From assembly GCA_963801605.1 (NCBI GenBank), contig CAWDFP010000006.1, positions 1,056,001 through 1,120,000 on the forward strand: 64,000 nt of DNA. The letters run 5' to 3'. This document shows, in pieces, positions 45,001 through 55,711 of this stretch (the stretch's first letter is position 1; each line of letters starts with the position of its first letter). The notes beneath the pieces were generated by a model. The model did not search any database. It worked only from the letters and a program-made list of their open reading frames with translations, and was not told the origin of the DNA. The position numbers were made by a program, and so were the translations under genes. The stretch comes from an uncultured candidate division Zixibacteria bacterium (GTDB lineage: Bacteria; Zixibacteria; MSB-5A5; UBA10806).

Positions 45001-45470
45001 AATAAATTTCTGGCAACTTCGCCATGCAGGCAGGCCGAGCAGGCGATCAGTCCCTCGCCATGTTCTCTGAGAAGATCCTTGTCGATACGCGGCTTGTGAT
45101 AAAACCCCTCGGTATAACCGGCCGAGGAAAGCAAGATCAGATTTTTATATCCCGTTAGATTTTTGGCCAGCAGCACCAGGTGAAAACCGGATTCCGTCAG
45201 GCCCTTGACACCGGTTTTCTTGAACCTGCTTTCGGGCGCGACATAGGTTTCGATTCCAATGATCGGTTTTATTTTCTGCTTTTTGGCTTTCTGATAGAAA
45301 TCGATTGCTCCGAACATATTGCCATGATCGGTAATGGCCACTGCCGGCATTTTCATGGCGATCGCAGTCTTCAGAATATCATCTATCCGGCAGGCGCCGT
45401 CGAGAAGCGAATACTGAGTGTGATTATGCAAATGAACAAACTCGGCCCCGGAGTTTTTCGACTTGCTCAC
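42009..45470 (-). CDS. dnaE: DNA polymerase III alpha subunit
   Basis: FVHLHNHTQYSLLDGA, TDHG, GPGRGSAAGS, FERFLNPERISMPDIDIDF, KMDFLGLRTL. Confidence 0.97.
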   Translation of the reverse strand: MSKSKNSGAEFVHLHNHTQYSLLDGACRIDDILKTAIAMKMPAVAITDHGNMFGAIDFYQKAKKQKIKPIIGIETYVAPESRFKKTGVKGLTESGFHLVLLAKNLTGYKNLILLSSAGYTEGFYHKPRIDKDLLREHGEGLIACSACLHGEVARNLLNQRFDEAERVAREYREIFGEENYYLEIQDHGQEDEQRVAKLVIDLAKKLEIRLVATNDCHYMKQEHSRAHDALLCIQTGKLLTDTDRMRYNTDQIYFKSPEEMIALFGKTPEAIDNTLRIAEACDLELELYKNKVPRFPLPEGFQTLEEYLKAECYIGLKKRYGEITEKLEERLNYELSVINRMGYAGYFLIVKDFIDYARSIGVRVGPGRGSAAGSIVSYCLEITSLDPIEYGLLFERFLNPERISMPDIDIDFADRGRDNVIEYVTSKYGRDNVVQIITFGSMAARAAVRDVGRVMSLPYGDVDVIAKLIPAEIDMTLDKALGAEPELKKRYDEDDKIRELIEFSKVLEGLSRHASTHAAGVVIAPGPITDYAPLYKSNKDEITTQYDMHGVEAIGLLKMDFLGLRTLTVIDDCLKLLADEGIKVDIDHIPLDDPKIYKLFTRGETIGIFQFESDGMREYLKKLKPTCLEDLTAMNALYRPGPLDAKMIDTYIECKHGKKEIECAHPTLKEILKETYGVIVFQEQVLKIARELAGYTLGEADILRKAMGKKQADVMAEQKGKFVAGATAQKIDKKTAEKIFDQIETFGRYGFVKAHSACYAYVAYQTAYLKVHHPVEFMAALMTSEMGDTARILELRNECERMNITVKPPDINRGLGYFSVEGDVILFALTGVKNVGQAAVESIVAARKDGGKFTDLFDFTGRVDLRAVNKRTIESLVMSGAMDSLGSHRAELLAGVEAAIANGSTLQKEKDSGQSTLFGGPEQVTFAKPKLPKVEPWSEIEILAHEKESLGYWISGHPLDPYRDIYDCFVDLKLSDLESVNDGKKVAAAGVLTKVKIQASRAGKSFGVLSLEDFTGTGEVIIFSDVLEKRRLLIKEGNTVIIFGYSSVREGEKPKIKGDDLTLLEAAPREFPTVIKIILEGNPTKELNAELTREFTANPGTSEIVIEYGANGKRILFKVTKFKVDPNPKFLKTLKGLVGAGNVKLSRMRNGGR

Positions 45471-45766
45471 AACGAATTCCCTTCGGCGGTATCATTGGTC
45501 GGATTGAGGAATTGCTCGATCTCATCCCGGCAAACCGGGCAAACTATATAATCGAATTTTTGATAGATCTGTTTTTCCAATTGGTCAGCTGTCATCTGTT
45601 CTGTTTCCTGTTCGATCTTTTCCACTAATTCAGCCAGGCTCTTGCCGCTGTCCTGAATATGCCCATCGAAATGCGACAGCAGTTCAGCCTTGAGACGATA
45701 AGCCAATCCGCCCTTCTTGATTCGTTTGCCGCATCGAACGCAGCGCAATTTCCTTTCGGCTCCCAT
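45467..45766 (-). CDS. Hypothetical protein with CxxC...CxxC (putative zinc ribbon)
   Basis: CVRC and CPVC; its stop overlaps the dnaE GTG. Confidence 0.7.
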   Translation of the reverse strand: MGAERKLRCVRCGKRIKKGGLAYRLKAELLSHFDGHIQDSGKSLAELVEKIEQETEQMTADQLEKQIYQKFDYIVCPVCRDEIEQFLNPTNDTAEGNSL

Positions 45767-46120
45767 TACGCTATAATATGAACTAACACATGTCAATCAA
45801 GGCTTTTATTGAAACTTTTATAATTGCCGTTAATCTCAACCTTTTTTCCGTCTTTTCGCAAATTAACTTAAATAATTTCTAAAATGTAAAGTCTGTCCAT
45901 AATGAATAAATTCCATTTATCGGCCATGTCAATCGACCATAATATGCCGCTTAAAATTATTAAAATACCCCATTTTTACAGTTTCACCGCAACCGACCTG
46001 TCGCAAGTGGGTTTGCCTGGGTCGATAGTGATTGTAACAGCTTGAAACACATCCGCTTATAAAGTGCAAATTGATGCACTCCAAAATAAACCTTTGCGAC
46101 ACTTTGGGGTCAAATACCTC

Positions 46121-46148
46121 TTGACAAAATTTTCACAATTCCTATATT
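46121..46148 (+). promoter_or_regulatory. Sigma70-type promoter ~500 nt upstream of the giant surface-protein gene
   Basis: TTGACA-16-TATATT. Confidence 0.5.
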
Positions 46149-46644
46149 TTATCAGGCTTTAGCGTTCTTCGAAAAGCAGACGGATTAATACTTCACGGGA
46201 TTTTTTAGCGTCCATGCGGGTGAATATGGACCCTACACTGTTCGAGTCGCCATCTTCAGGCCTTCCGTCACGGTGTATACAAAGATTCCGATAAAATCAG
46301 AATAGGCATACGAAGTTTTTGATGGCCAACACAACTGCGCTTTTAATTGGGTACGATGTGAAAAAAGAAGCGGGAGGGCGGTTTTGTTTCTGGTCTAAAA
46401 ATATACTATGCAAATTACGTGTATCTTTCTATCTGTACTCAGATTGCAGGAACTTTGGACGATATGAAAACTAATGAAACGTTTCAAGCGAGTGTTTTCG
46501 CATTGATAAAGGGAGGTGAATCTGGAGAATCATTGATGTTGGAAGTATATCCTCTGAAACTATTTAATCAATTGGAAATCAGGAAAATCAGGTAAGTAGT
46601 TGTAATTCGATTTAAACACCTTCGTTTTGGAGGCATTAAACCTT

Positions 46645-49600
46645 ATGAAAAAGTTACTCGTGTTGACCGCGCTCGTGTTGTTCGCCTGGTCTATCGTCTG
46701 GGCGGCCCCCCAAGCCGGCAACACCAATCAAAAAGCTGATCAGACCACTAAGGTCGATCAGACCAAGAAGGCTTCTCCGCAGGGTACTCCTCTGCAGACA
46801 GCCCACAAATTGCCCGCAAAAAATGCTAAGGCATCCACTACCGAAACCGCTCCTGCTCCTGCTCCGCTTGTAATCGGCAACAAAGATGCTGACCAACAAG
46901 CCGAAAAAGAAGCCGGCGCCAATGCTCCGACCATCCAGCAGCTTCGCGATGAGAAAACCAAATCCGAGGCCGTCATAGAGGTCCTTCAGCAGAAGGCCGT
47001 CGAGGCTCCGAAATATCAGCCTCGTTATGGCGTCAAGGGCGAACTTCTCAATCCCGAGCCTGTGGTATATCCTATGGGAATGAACCCGAGCAATCCTCAG
47101 GGCGAAATCCCGATCATCACTTCCACTCTGCTCTCGCAGACCTTCCACGGCACCGGCTGGAGCCTCGATAATCAGGCCCCTCTGGGCGGCTGGATCGTTG
47201 CTGACAGCGGTACCGAAGGTTCGCAGACATGGTATACTGATGACTGGCACAAGTTCTACTATGCCGCCACCGGTTGGAACGATACAGTTTTAGCCGACGA
47301 ACTGGACTGTCAATGCCTATATCGGAATCGTTATGTAGCGATTGGCTGATCACTCCTGCTTTCGATCTTTCGGTTGTCACTACCTGCTCACTTTACTTCA
47401 AGCAGTACTATGACAATGTCAGCACTACAGCAGATTCTGCCAAAGTCATGATTTCGGTTGATAACGGCACCACCTGGACAAGACTCCACAACCTGGAAGG
47501 CTGATACACCAATCCCACCAGAACTGGTATCAATCTGGATGCCTATGCCGATAACGAACTGAACACTCCAGGTGAAACTCGCCTTCTGGCATGGTAGGAT
47601 CGCTCGGAACCTTTTCCAGCGTCAGCAATGGCTGGATTGTCGACAGTATAACTGTCGTCAGGGATGGTGTTCCGCATGGGTTCAGGACGTCAGCAATCAA
47701 ATGTCCGGCTTGCTTCGGCAATACGCCACCCGCAGGACCCGGCGGCGCCTGGACAATCCTGGATAACGGTATATGTTAGCAGGCCCAAGCTCACCACAAG
47801 CCAACGATTGGAACCGTAGAGTTGGTAATCTCGGTAGCCGATACCGTCGCTGCTGTTACCTACACCAGTTCCAATAATCGCCGCGAGTTTGAAAATGAGT
47901 GGCTGATTAGCCCCTCGTTCTCAATTAACGCCGGTGTGCAGTGCACCCTTTCTTTCAACGACTTACTGGAACTTTGATGGCGTCTCCACCCAATGGCTGG
48001 GCGTCAATGCAGAGCATGGTTATGTAAAGGTACAGGAAACCACCGATGGTGGTACAACCTGGGGACCGTGGACCATTATCAGTGATTATACTACTACAAC
48101 TATCGGTTCTTCCAACACCTTACCCGTATACGTAGCCAAAGTTCCGCTAAACGCTTATACAAATAAAACCGTCCGTTTGGGCTTCCAGAAATTGGCTCCT
48201 CCGGAAGCATCCTTTGCAACCTGGTACATCAGCCATCTGCTGGTTCAGGATTATTACTGGCCTCTTGAACGACATGTTGACGACCTCGATTGGGGCTCCG
48301 ACCTATGCTTATACCGGTCGCGCCTGGACACCGTTACCGCTAACGTTTACAACGCTAGGTCAGAATGCTGCCACATTTGCAGACAGCTTCGATATCTATC
48401 AAAACGTAAAAGATAGATTCTTCTTCGAAGAGTTCAGCAATCCGCAAAGCTGGACAATTGCAAATCCGCCGGTTAACGCTCTCGGTCCCTGGACCGTTAT
48501 CGATAGCGGCGCCGGTGGACCGTTGAATAATCCTACGACCTGGTCAGCATACTATTATTCAACCTGGACAGATACGGTTGCTCGCGCCTATTATTCTCCT
48601 GCCAGACAGCAGAACACCTACATGGTTTCCCCGGAAATCGATTGTTCTGCCAAGACCAACGTTCATTTGACTATGCACCTGTTTCTTCGATTGGTACAGC
48701 ACCAAGGATTCATGTTCATTTATGGCAGCACAGATAACTTTGCTACCAGAACTCAAATCGCTCAATATGTCGGCGCCGATTTCGGTCCGGCATATCCGGA
48801 TTATGATATTACTTCCTGGGCTGCCGGTTCATCCGCGTGAAGATCGCTTTCCGCTACGTTGGTAACGACGGTATGGCAGCTTACTTCGATGAAGTCGAGC
48901 TTTATTCGCCGCTGCCGCCAGTTTATTCTTACCAGCAGCCGAGACCGTTACTGGTTTGGCTTCATTGACCGCTGCTCCTGTCAATTATACCTCTACCTGG
49001 ATAATCCTGACTGCCGGTCTCCACAATCTCAGAACATTCACCAATCTCGCCGGTGACGAAGTTCCCGCTAATGATACTGTCAGCGGAAATGTTACGGTTG
49101 TGCTCACCCGGTGCACGGCTGGCCCCGATGCCGGATACTATTCCTACGCGGATAACTACACTGGCGGTCCCGCTTACGATTGGAAAGACATCAGCACCTT
49201 CGGCACTCCGATCACCTTCGCCAATGGCAGCGGTGATGACCGCTATTCCGCTCTCCTGCCCTTCGGCTTCAACTTCCAGTTCTATGGAATGAACTGGCCG
49301 AGCATTGGTGTTGGTGAAGATGGTGTGGCCCAGTTTGACGGCCTAAGCTCTGGCTATAGCGGCAACGCCGCCATCCCAACCTCAGCAGCGCCAAATAATA
49401 TGTTGGCCTTCTTGTGGGATGACTTGAAGCAAGGCACTTCCGGCCAGGCTTTCTTCTATACCAATAACGTCGATACCGCAATTGTCAGCTTCATCAACTG
49501 GGTCATTCTACGCTTCAGCCGATGTCAACATCAGGTTTGACGCGCAGTTTATTTTGACTGCCGCCGACAACGGCATTAAATTCCAGTATCGTAACTTTGG

Positions 49601-52600
49601 CCCTGGTATTACTCTCAGCCATACAATTGGTATTGAGAACTTCCTCGGCACTACTGGCTTGCAGTATGTGTACAATGGCGTCCCGATGGGCAACCTGCCG
49701 GTCGCTCCGTTGGCGATTTCCTTCTCCTATAATCCGCCTGCGGTTGACGTGTCGGCCGAAGCCATTGTGACCCCGCCGAACGCGGCTCTGGTTATCAATG
49801 GCGCTACCTTCACTCCTCAGGCTTCAGTGAAGAACTGGGGCGGTGCCAATGCTACCTTCCCGGCGACCTTTACGATCTTCGACGCTGCTCATGTCGAAGT
49901 CTATACATCGACACAAACAGTTACAGACCTGGCTCCTGGTGCGACTGCAAACGTCGATTTCACTCCGACATCGATTGCGGTTAACGGCGCTCTATACCTG
50001 CTCGACATTCGTGTCGATCGGTGGCGATTCCAATGCTCGGAAACGATTGGAAGAAGCACCACCTTTACAGTCGATCAGCACTACGGTACCGGCGGCCCGG
50101 ATGCAGCTCTCTACAAATGGATCGACAACACGGTGGTTGGCGGCCCTGCATACTCATGGGTTGACATGTCCGCAAGTGTTCCGATTACCTGGAACGGTAC
50201 TCTGGATGATGGCTGGACAAACGGCGTCTCCCTGGGTACTCCATTCTATTTCTATGGCAACATGGTTTCCAGGGTTTGGCTGGTAACCAACGGTATGGTG
50301 TCGTTCGACTCTCTGTCCACCTATCCGGGTTATTTGGCAGCCATTCCGAGCACCTCCACGCCGAATAACTTCATCGGCTTTATGCGCAGCGATATGTATG
50401 CCAGCAAGCCGGCTACGGTTCTGGATGATGTTGTCAACAACATTTTTGTCATTCAGTACGATAGTCTCTATTTCTACAATACGCCGTCTCAGTCGTTCGA
50501 TTGTCAGATTATTCTGAACAAAGTCGACAGCTCGGTTACAATTCAGTATGCAAACTTCAATGCCCCCGGTCAGACCGATGCAGTGATTGGAACTGAAGGT
50601 CCCGGTGGATTGGCCGGTTTGCAATACTATTACAATGGCGCTCCGCTATTGAACTATCCGTACAACGGTCTGGCCATCAAGTTCTTCCAGTACACACCTA
50701 CTCTTGATGTGTCGATGGTTTCCTATGATGCCCCTAAGGGCGGCATTACCGGAACCGCTTACTTCCCGGCCGTAACGGTGAAGAATAACGGCACCACTCC
50801 TGTGACAATTGACGCCACAGTGAAGATCGTCGGACCGGCCCCTGCCACCGATACAGTCTTCAACTTCACCGAGACAACCCCTGTGGTCGCCTTCGGTGCT
50901 ACTCTGCCGTTTACTTTCTCGATCAATAGCTGGACTCCAGTTGCCAGTGGATCATACAGCATGATCGCCTTGGCGAACACCGCCGGTGACGAATTCAGCA
51001 CCAACAATTCCAAAACCGGTTCGGCGTTCATTTACAATGTTGCCGCTCTGAATTACACGAATGATTTCGAACTTAATGACGGCGGATTCATTCCTACTAA
51101 TCAGTGGCAATGGGGCGTTCCCACCTACGTAAGCGGTCCTACTGCGCACAGTGGAACTCAGCTTTGGGGAACCAACCTGGCAGGCGATTATACTGCTCTT
51201 ATGCTCAACAGCCTTTACTCTCCGGCCATAACCCTTACTGGTGGTCTGCTCTATAAGGCCGACTTCTGGTTATGGTATGCCACTGAGACCAATTATGACG
51301 GCGTCAACGTGAAGGTTTCGAATGACTTTGGCGCGACCTGGACCGTCATTACAACGTCAGTCCCATACAACGGTACTGGCTATTCTACCGCTCCCGGTAT
51401 CGCTGGTCAGCCGGTCTGGACCGGCAGCAGCACTGCCTGGGTGCATCCGACAATCGATCTTACCGCTTATGCCGGCCAAACCGTCATTTTGCGGATAGAC
51501 CAGTCTTCAGATGGTTCCGGTAACGCAGCCGGCGCTTATGTCGATGACTTCAGCGCGATGGCTATCAATCTGGATATCGCTGTTAACTCCATCGATGCTC
51601 CTCCGTATATTATGTTGGCCGGTTCGTATCCGATTACTGCGACCGTTGAAAACCTGAGCCCCGTACCTGTTACGGTTGACTCTATCGAATTCAAGGTCGA
51701 GGATGCAACTCCTGCCGTCGTATACGAAGGCAAACTCTATGCTCAGGCTCTTGCCGCTAACGCTATCGTGCCGTTTACTTCCCCGACTCCGTGGGTTGTT
51801 GCAACTGCCGGCGAATATAGTGTAACGGTTACTGCTTACCTTGCCGCTGACGAATCTCAGGGCAATAATGCATTTACCGAGCCGCGCATCGTTCAGGTTC
51901 CGCAGGCCTTCCCATATTCGGAAGACTACGAGAATCCTGCAAATCTCGGTAACTGGTGGATCTTCTACAACGGTTCTGGTGCCGGTGTAGGCTGGACAAC
52001 TGCTATCGCTCACAGCCCAACTCATTCGATTGATATCAGCTATTCTCCGTATCCTCGCGAGCTCTGGTTTGTGGGTCCGCCTGTAACCATTACCGCTGCC
52101 ATTATTCCGCAGCTTAAGTACTGGGAAGCTGGCGATTCATATTGGGGCGACGAGCCTAATCAACAGATCGGCGTCTCCCTGATGGTGGATGGTTTTGATT
52201 TGAATGGCACCATACAGTTGGGTCTCTGGACTCCAGCCACTCATACGCTTGAGGATGGCATATTCACCTCAAATCAATTCGATCTTACGCCATACATCGG
52301 ACATACCGTATGGCCGGTGTTCTACTTTAATAGTCCGACCTTCTACAGCGGCGACTGGTTCCTTGATGATGTCAGCATGTACGAAAGTGCGGTTCCTGCA
52401 ATCAGCATTGCTCCAGCCACTCTTGATCATTCACAGAATTCAGGTACTACTCAGACTTACATCGCCGACTTCACAATCAGCAACCCTGGTACTGCTCCAT
52501 TAACCTGGAACGCCTCCAACACACTGCCTTGGATCACCATGATTCCAGCTGGAGTAGTTCCTGCCGGCGGTTCCTTACCGATTGATGTTACAGTCAATAC

Positions 52601-53621
52601 TGCAGGCTTGCTCGGCGGCATGTATAACGACGTTATTACCATCACATCCAACGATCCAGCTAACCCGACCGTTACTCTTCCGATTAACATTTACGTGATG
52701 GCTGCTCAGATCTACGTATCGCCAGGCTCCGTGCATATAACTCAGGAAACCGATGTTAACATGACTCATAGCAACGTTATATGGGTCGGTAACAACGGCG
52801 GACCGGATCTCCATTTCACCGCTTCCAATACGCTTAGCTGGATCACTGTTGATCCGACAGTTGGCACGGTTCCAATGGAAGGTACGCAGCCAATCAGCCT
52901 GATCATCAATACGGCCGGTTTGGCAATTGGGGATTACAGCGATCTAATTACCATCAATTCTAACGATCCCGCTTCACCTGTTAACACCGTTCCTGTAACC
53001 ATCACGGTTTCCCAGATGACTCCGGGAGTGGATCATCTCGATTTCAGCTTACTCGAAGGTTTAACGCAGACACTACCTCTTCCGATCAACAACGCCAGCG
53101 CTGTTGATATTAGAGTTGATCTGGTCGCTGCACCCTCCGAGTGGCTCTCAGTTGATCCGATCTTCGGTATCATCCCGGCTGCCGGTTCTATGGACTTCAA
53201 CGTTACGGTGAATGCTGCCGCCCTCGCTGAAGGTTTCTATAATGGTACGATTACAATCACGTCCAGCAACGTTACTGATGCGATAGTTATTGTGCCTATT
53301 AACGTTACCATTGAGCGCGGTGGTTGCGACTACATAACCGGTGATGCCAATAACAGCCAGGTCTTCAACGGCCTTGATGTGACCTATAGCGTCACTTACT
53401 TCAAGGGTGGCCCTCCGCCTCCGTTCTCCTGCGAGTGCACAGTTGGACATATCTGGTATGTGGCCGGCGACGTTAACGGTAGCTGCTCATTCAACGGTCT
53501 TGATGTGACCACAATGGTTGGTTACTTCAAGGGATTCTTCACAGTCAGCCCATGCCCGGATTGCCCCCCGGCTCGCGGCATACTGAAAGTGAAAGATTCG
53601 AAGTTGAATTCGGAGCAATAA
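46645..53621 (+). CDS. Giant (~2,300 aa) secreted multidomain surface protein with a C-terminal dockerin-like module; many frameshifts at 47.3-50 kb
   Basis: GGAGG then ATG and signal peptide. Contiguous ORF pieces carry adhesin/MAM-like (WLITPAFDLS, DNGTTW), NIDO-like (F.FYG...TNG..SF), CARDB-like and BACON-like (I.SNDP) repeats, ending GDANNS..FNGLDVTY...GDVNGSCSFNGLDVT. Confidence 0.8.
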
Positions 53622-53672
53622 CGCTTATTAAACTGTCTCGGCCCAAAACCGAAACAGGTCTATAAGTGACAT

Positions 53673-53708
53673 TCGGGCCTCCCATCCGGGGGGCCCGATT
53701 TATTTTTA
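53673..53708 (+). terminator. Intrinsic terminator
   Basis: TCGGGCCTCCC...GGGGGGCCCGA followed by TTTATTTTT. Confidence 0.7.
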
Positions 53709-53775
53709 GTCGAAAAATAATAGAACTCTCTAATATTCGATTTTTGTTATATATTGTGAAATCAGGAGGTTCGCG

Positions 53776-54534
53776 ATGAAAAAGATAATTTATACGCTGT
53801 TATCGATTGTTTTTTGCCATCAGGCGTTTGCGGGAGATATTACGTTTGAGGCTGCCAGCGGATGCGCTTCGCCATATACTCCTTTCTCAGCGCACTGGAA
53901 CGGAGCCGTGAGAGATAACGGCCTGTTCCACAGAGAATTTTCTTGCCGCGTTGGATATGATCTTAAAGATTGGCTGTCTGTTTCTGGCACTATCGGCTGG
54001 CTTAAAAATCGAGATTATGATAGCCGTCCCATTTTTATTGATCCCGAGCCAATTCCACCCTATGGTTATCATTATTCTAATCCGCTAACCGATGTCACTT
54101 ATTTAATCCCCTCGCTGAAGTTTTCCAGCGAAAATATCAGGCTTGATTTTGGGGCAATTATCTATTCGTCCTCTATTACCAACGGATCGCGCAATTTCAA
54201 TTATCCTTTTAACGGCAGCCATCGATTCAAACCTGCAATAGGAGTCGAGTTGGGTGGTCAGGGAGTCTATCTATTTACCAGATTGCTGGATTCTTTTCCT
54301 CTTTATTCCGGCGGATTAGCATCGGTGGGGGTAGGTGGAAGAGTGGGCGGAAAATATGAACAGCAGTTTTCATTTCTCGGCGGGCCATTTGAAATAACAG
54401 GTTTTGGCTATCGCGGCGAATTTAGAGTATATCAGGAAACGGCATTCTCCATCGGGCTATCCATTGGCTTCCCCAATGCTAATAACAACGACGCCATTTA
54501 TTTATTTTCATTCGGGCTTAAGACCATTCTGTAG
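53776..54534 (+). CDS. Secreted hypothetical protein, probable beta-barrel
   Basis: SD AGGAGG, signal peptide (AFA), Gly/aromatic strands. Confidence 0.6.
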   Translation: MKKIIYTLLSIVFCHQAFAGDITFEAASGCASPYTPFSAHWNGAVRDNGLFHREFSCRVGYDLKDWLSVSGTIGWLKNRDYDSRPIFIDPEPIPPYGYHYSNPLTDVTYLIPSLKFSSENIRLDFGAIIYSSSITNGSRNFNYPFNGSHRFKPAIGVELGGQGVYLFTRLLDSFPLYSGGLASVGVGGRVGGKYEQQFSFLGGPFEITGFGYRGEFRVYQETAFSIGLSIGFPNANNNDAIYLFSFGLKTIL

Positions 54535-54601
54535 TCATTATTTTCTTATCGAATTTATTTCCATTTGAATAGATCGTTTATATTGGCTATATTTTATAAA
54601 G

Positions 54602-55687
54602 ATGATAAACGCTGCTTCGGATAATCTCCGCCACAATATTAGCGTAATCAAATGGGCGATTCTTTCGGCGATTCTTTTCGGCTTAAGTACTCCTTTTGCC
54701 AAAATGCTTACAAGCCAAGTTGATCCAATTATATTGGCAGGCTGCCTTTATTTGAGTTCAGGTCTGGGGCTTTTTATTTGGTATTTTTTACGAAAGCATA
54801 TTAAAAGCAATAAACAGGCAAAAATTGTATCGCTTGCCGCAAGTGATTATCCTTATCTGGCTGTAACGGTTTTAGCAGGAGGAATGATTGCGCCGACGCT
54901 TCTCATGGTCGGATTAACGATCACCCCATCTTCGACAGCCTCGCTGCTTCTTAATTTTGAAATCGTTTTTACGTTTCTTATCGCAGCGATCATATTTCGC
55001 GAAAGTTTCGATACGCGGATGATTTCGGGCTCCGTTATTATCATCTTTGGAGGCCTGCTTCTATCCTGGCCCGGTAAAGTGGGATTCTCGGGGATCTGGG
55101 GTCCGATCTGTATCGGTTTAGCCTGCCTCGCCTGGGGTATTGATAATAATATAACGCGCCAAATCTCAGCCGGAGACCCAATTCAAATTGCCGCCATAAA
55201 AGGTTTGGTAGCCGGATTTGCTAACTTAATGATTGGGTTTATAATCAACAGAAAAATACCGGGACTTGGATTTGCAATTTCGGCTGCCATAATTGGCCTG
55301 TTGGGCTATGGCTTAAGCCTGGTGTTCTTTATCTTAAGCCTGCGCCATCTCGGTACAGCTCGGACATCAGCATATTTCGCAGCCGCGCCATTTATTGGAG
55401 CCTTAGCTTCATTTTTGATACTGGGGGAGAGGCTCACTGCTCAATTTGCGCTGGCTATGGTATTAATTATTTCAGGGATTTATATGTTTCTCTCCGAACG
55501 CCATGCCCATCAGCATACTCATCGGGAACTGATTCATGAGCACAGCCATACTCATGACGAACACCACAGGCATATACATGACGAGGGTTTCGATGATTCT
55601 AATGAGCATGTGCACCGCCATGAACATAGAGAACAGATGCACTCGCATCCTCACTATCCGGATATTCACCACCGCCACACACATTGA
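54602..55687 (+). CDS. DMT/EamA family transporter with His-rich C-terminal tail
   Basis: About ten TM helices, LFGLSTPFAK, WGIDNNITR, LRHLGTARTSAYF; tail ends HPHYPDIHHRHTH. Confidence 0.88.
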   Translation: MINAASDNLRHNISVIKWAILSAILFGLSTPFAKMLTSQVDPIILAGCLYLSSGLGLFIWYFLRKHIKSNKQAKIVSLAASDYPYLAVTVLAGGMIAPTLLMVGLTITPSSTASLLLNFEIVFTFLIAAIIFRESFDTRMISGSVIIIFGGLLLSWPGKVGFSGIWGPICIGLACLAWGIDNNITRQISAGDPIQIAAIKGLVAGFANLMIGFIINRKIPGLGFAISAAIIGLLGYGLSLVFFILSLRHLGTARTSAYFAAAPFIGALASFLILGERLTAQFALAMVLIISGIYMFLSERHAHQHTHRELIHEHSHTHDEHHRHIHDEGFDDSNEHVHRHEHREQMHSHPHYPDIHHRHTH

Positions 55688-55711
55688 TATCCGGTCTTTG
55701 ATTGTTTTGAT

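Noticed and set aside
42009..45470. Intein in DnaE (also checked GyrA, GyrB and Lon)
   Set aside because: Lengths are normal and no C…HN splice motifs or insertions were seen.
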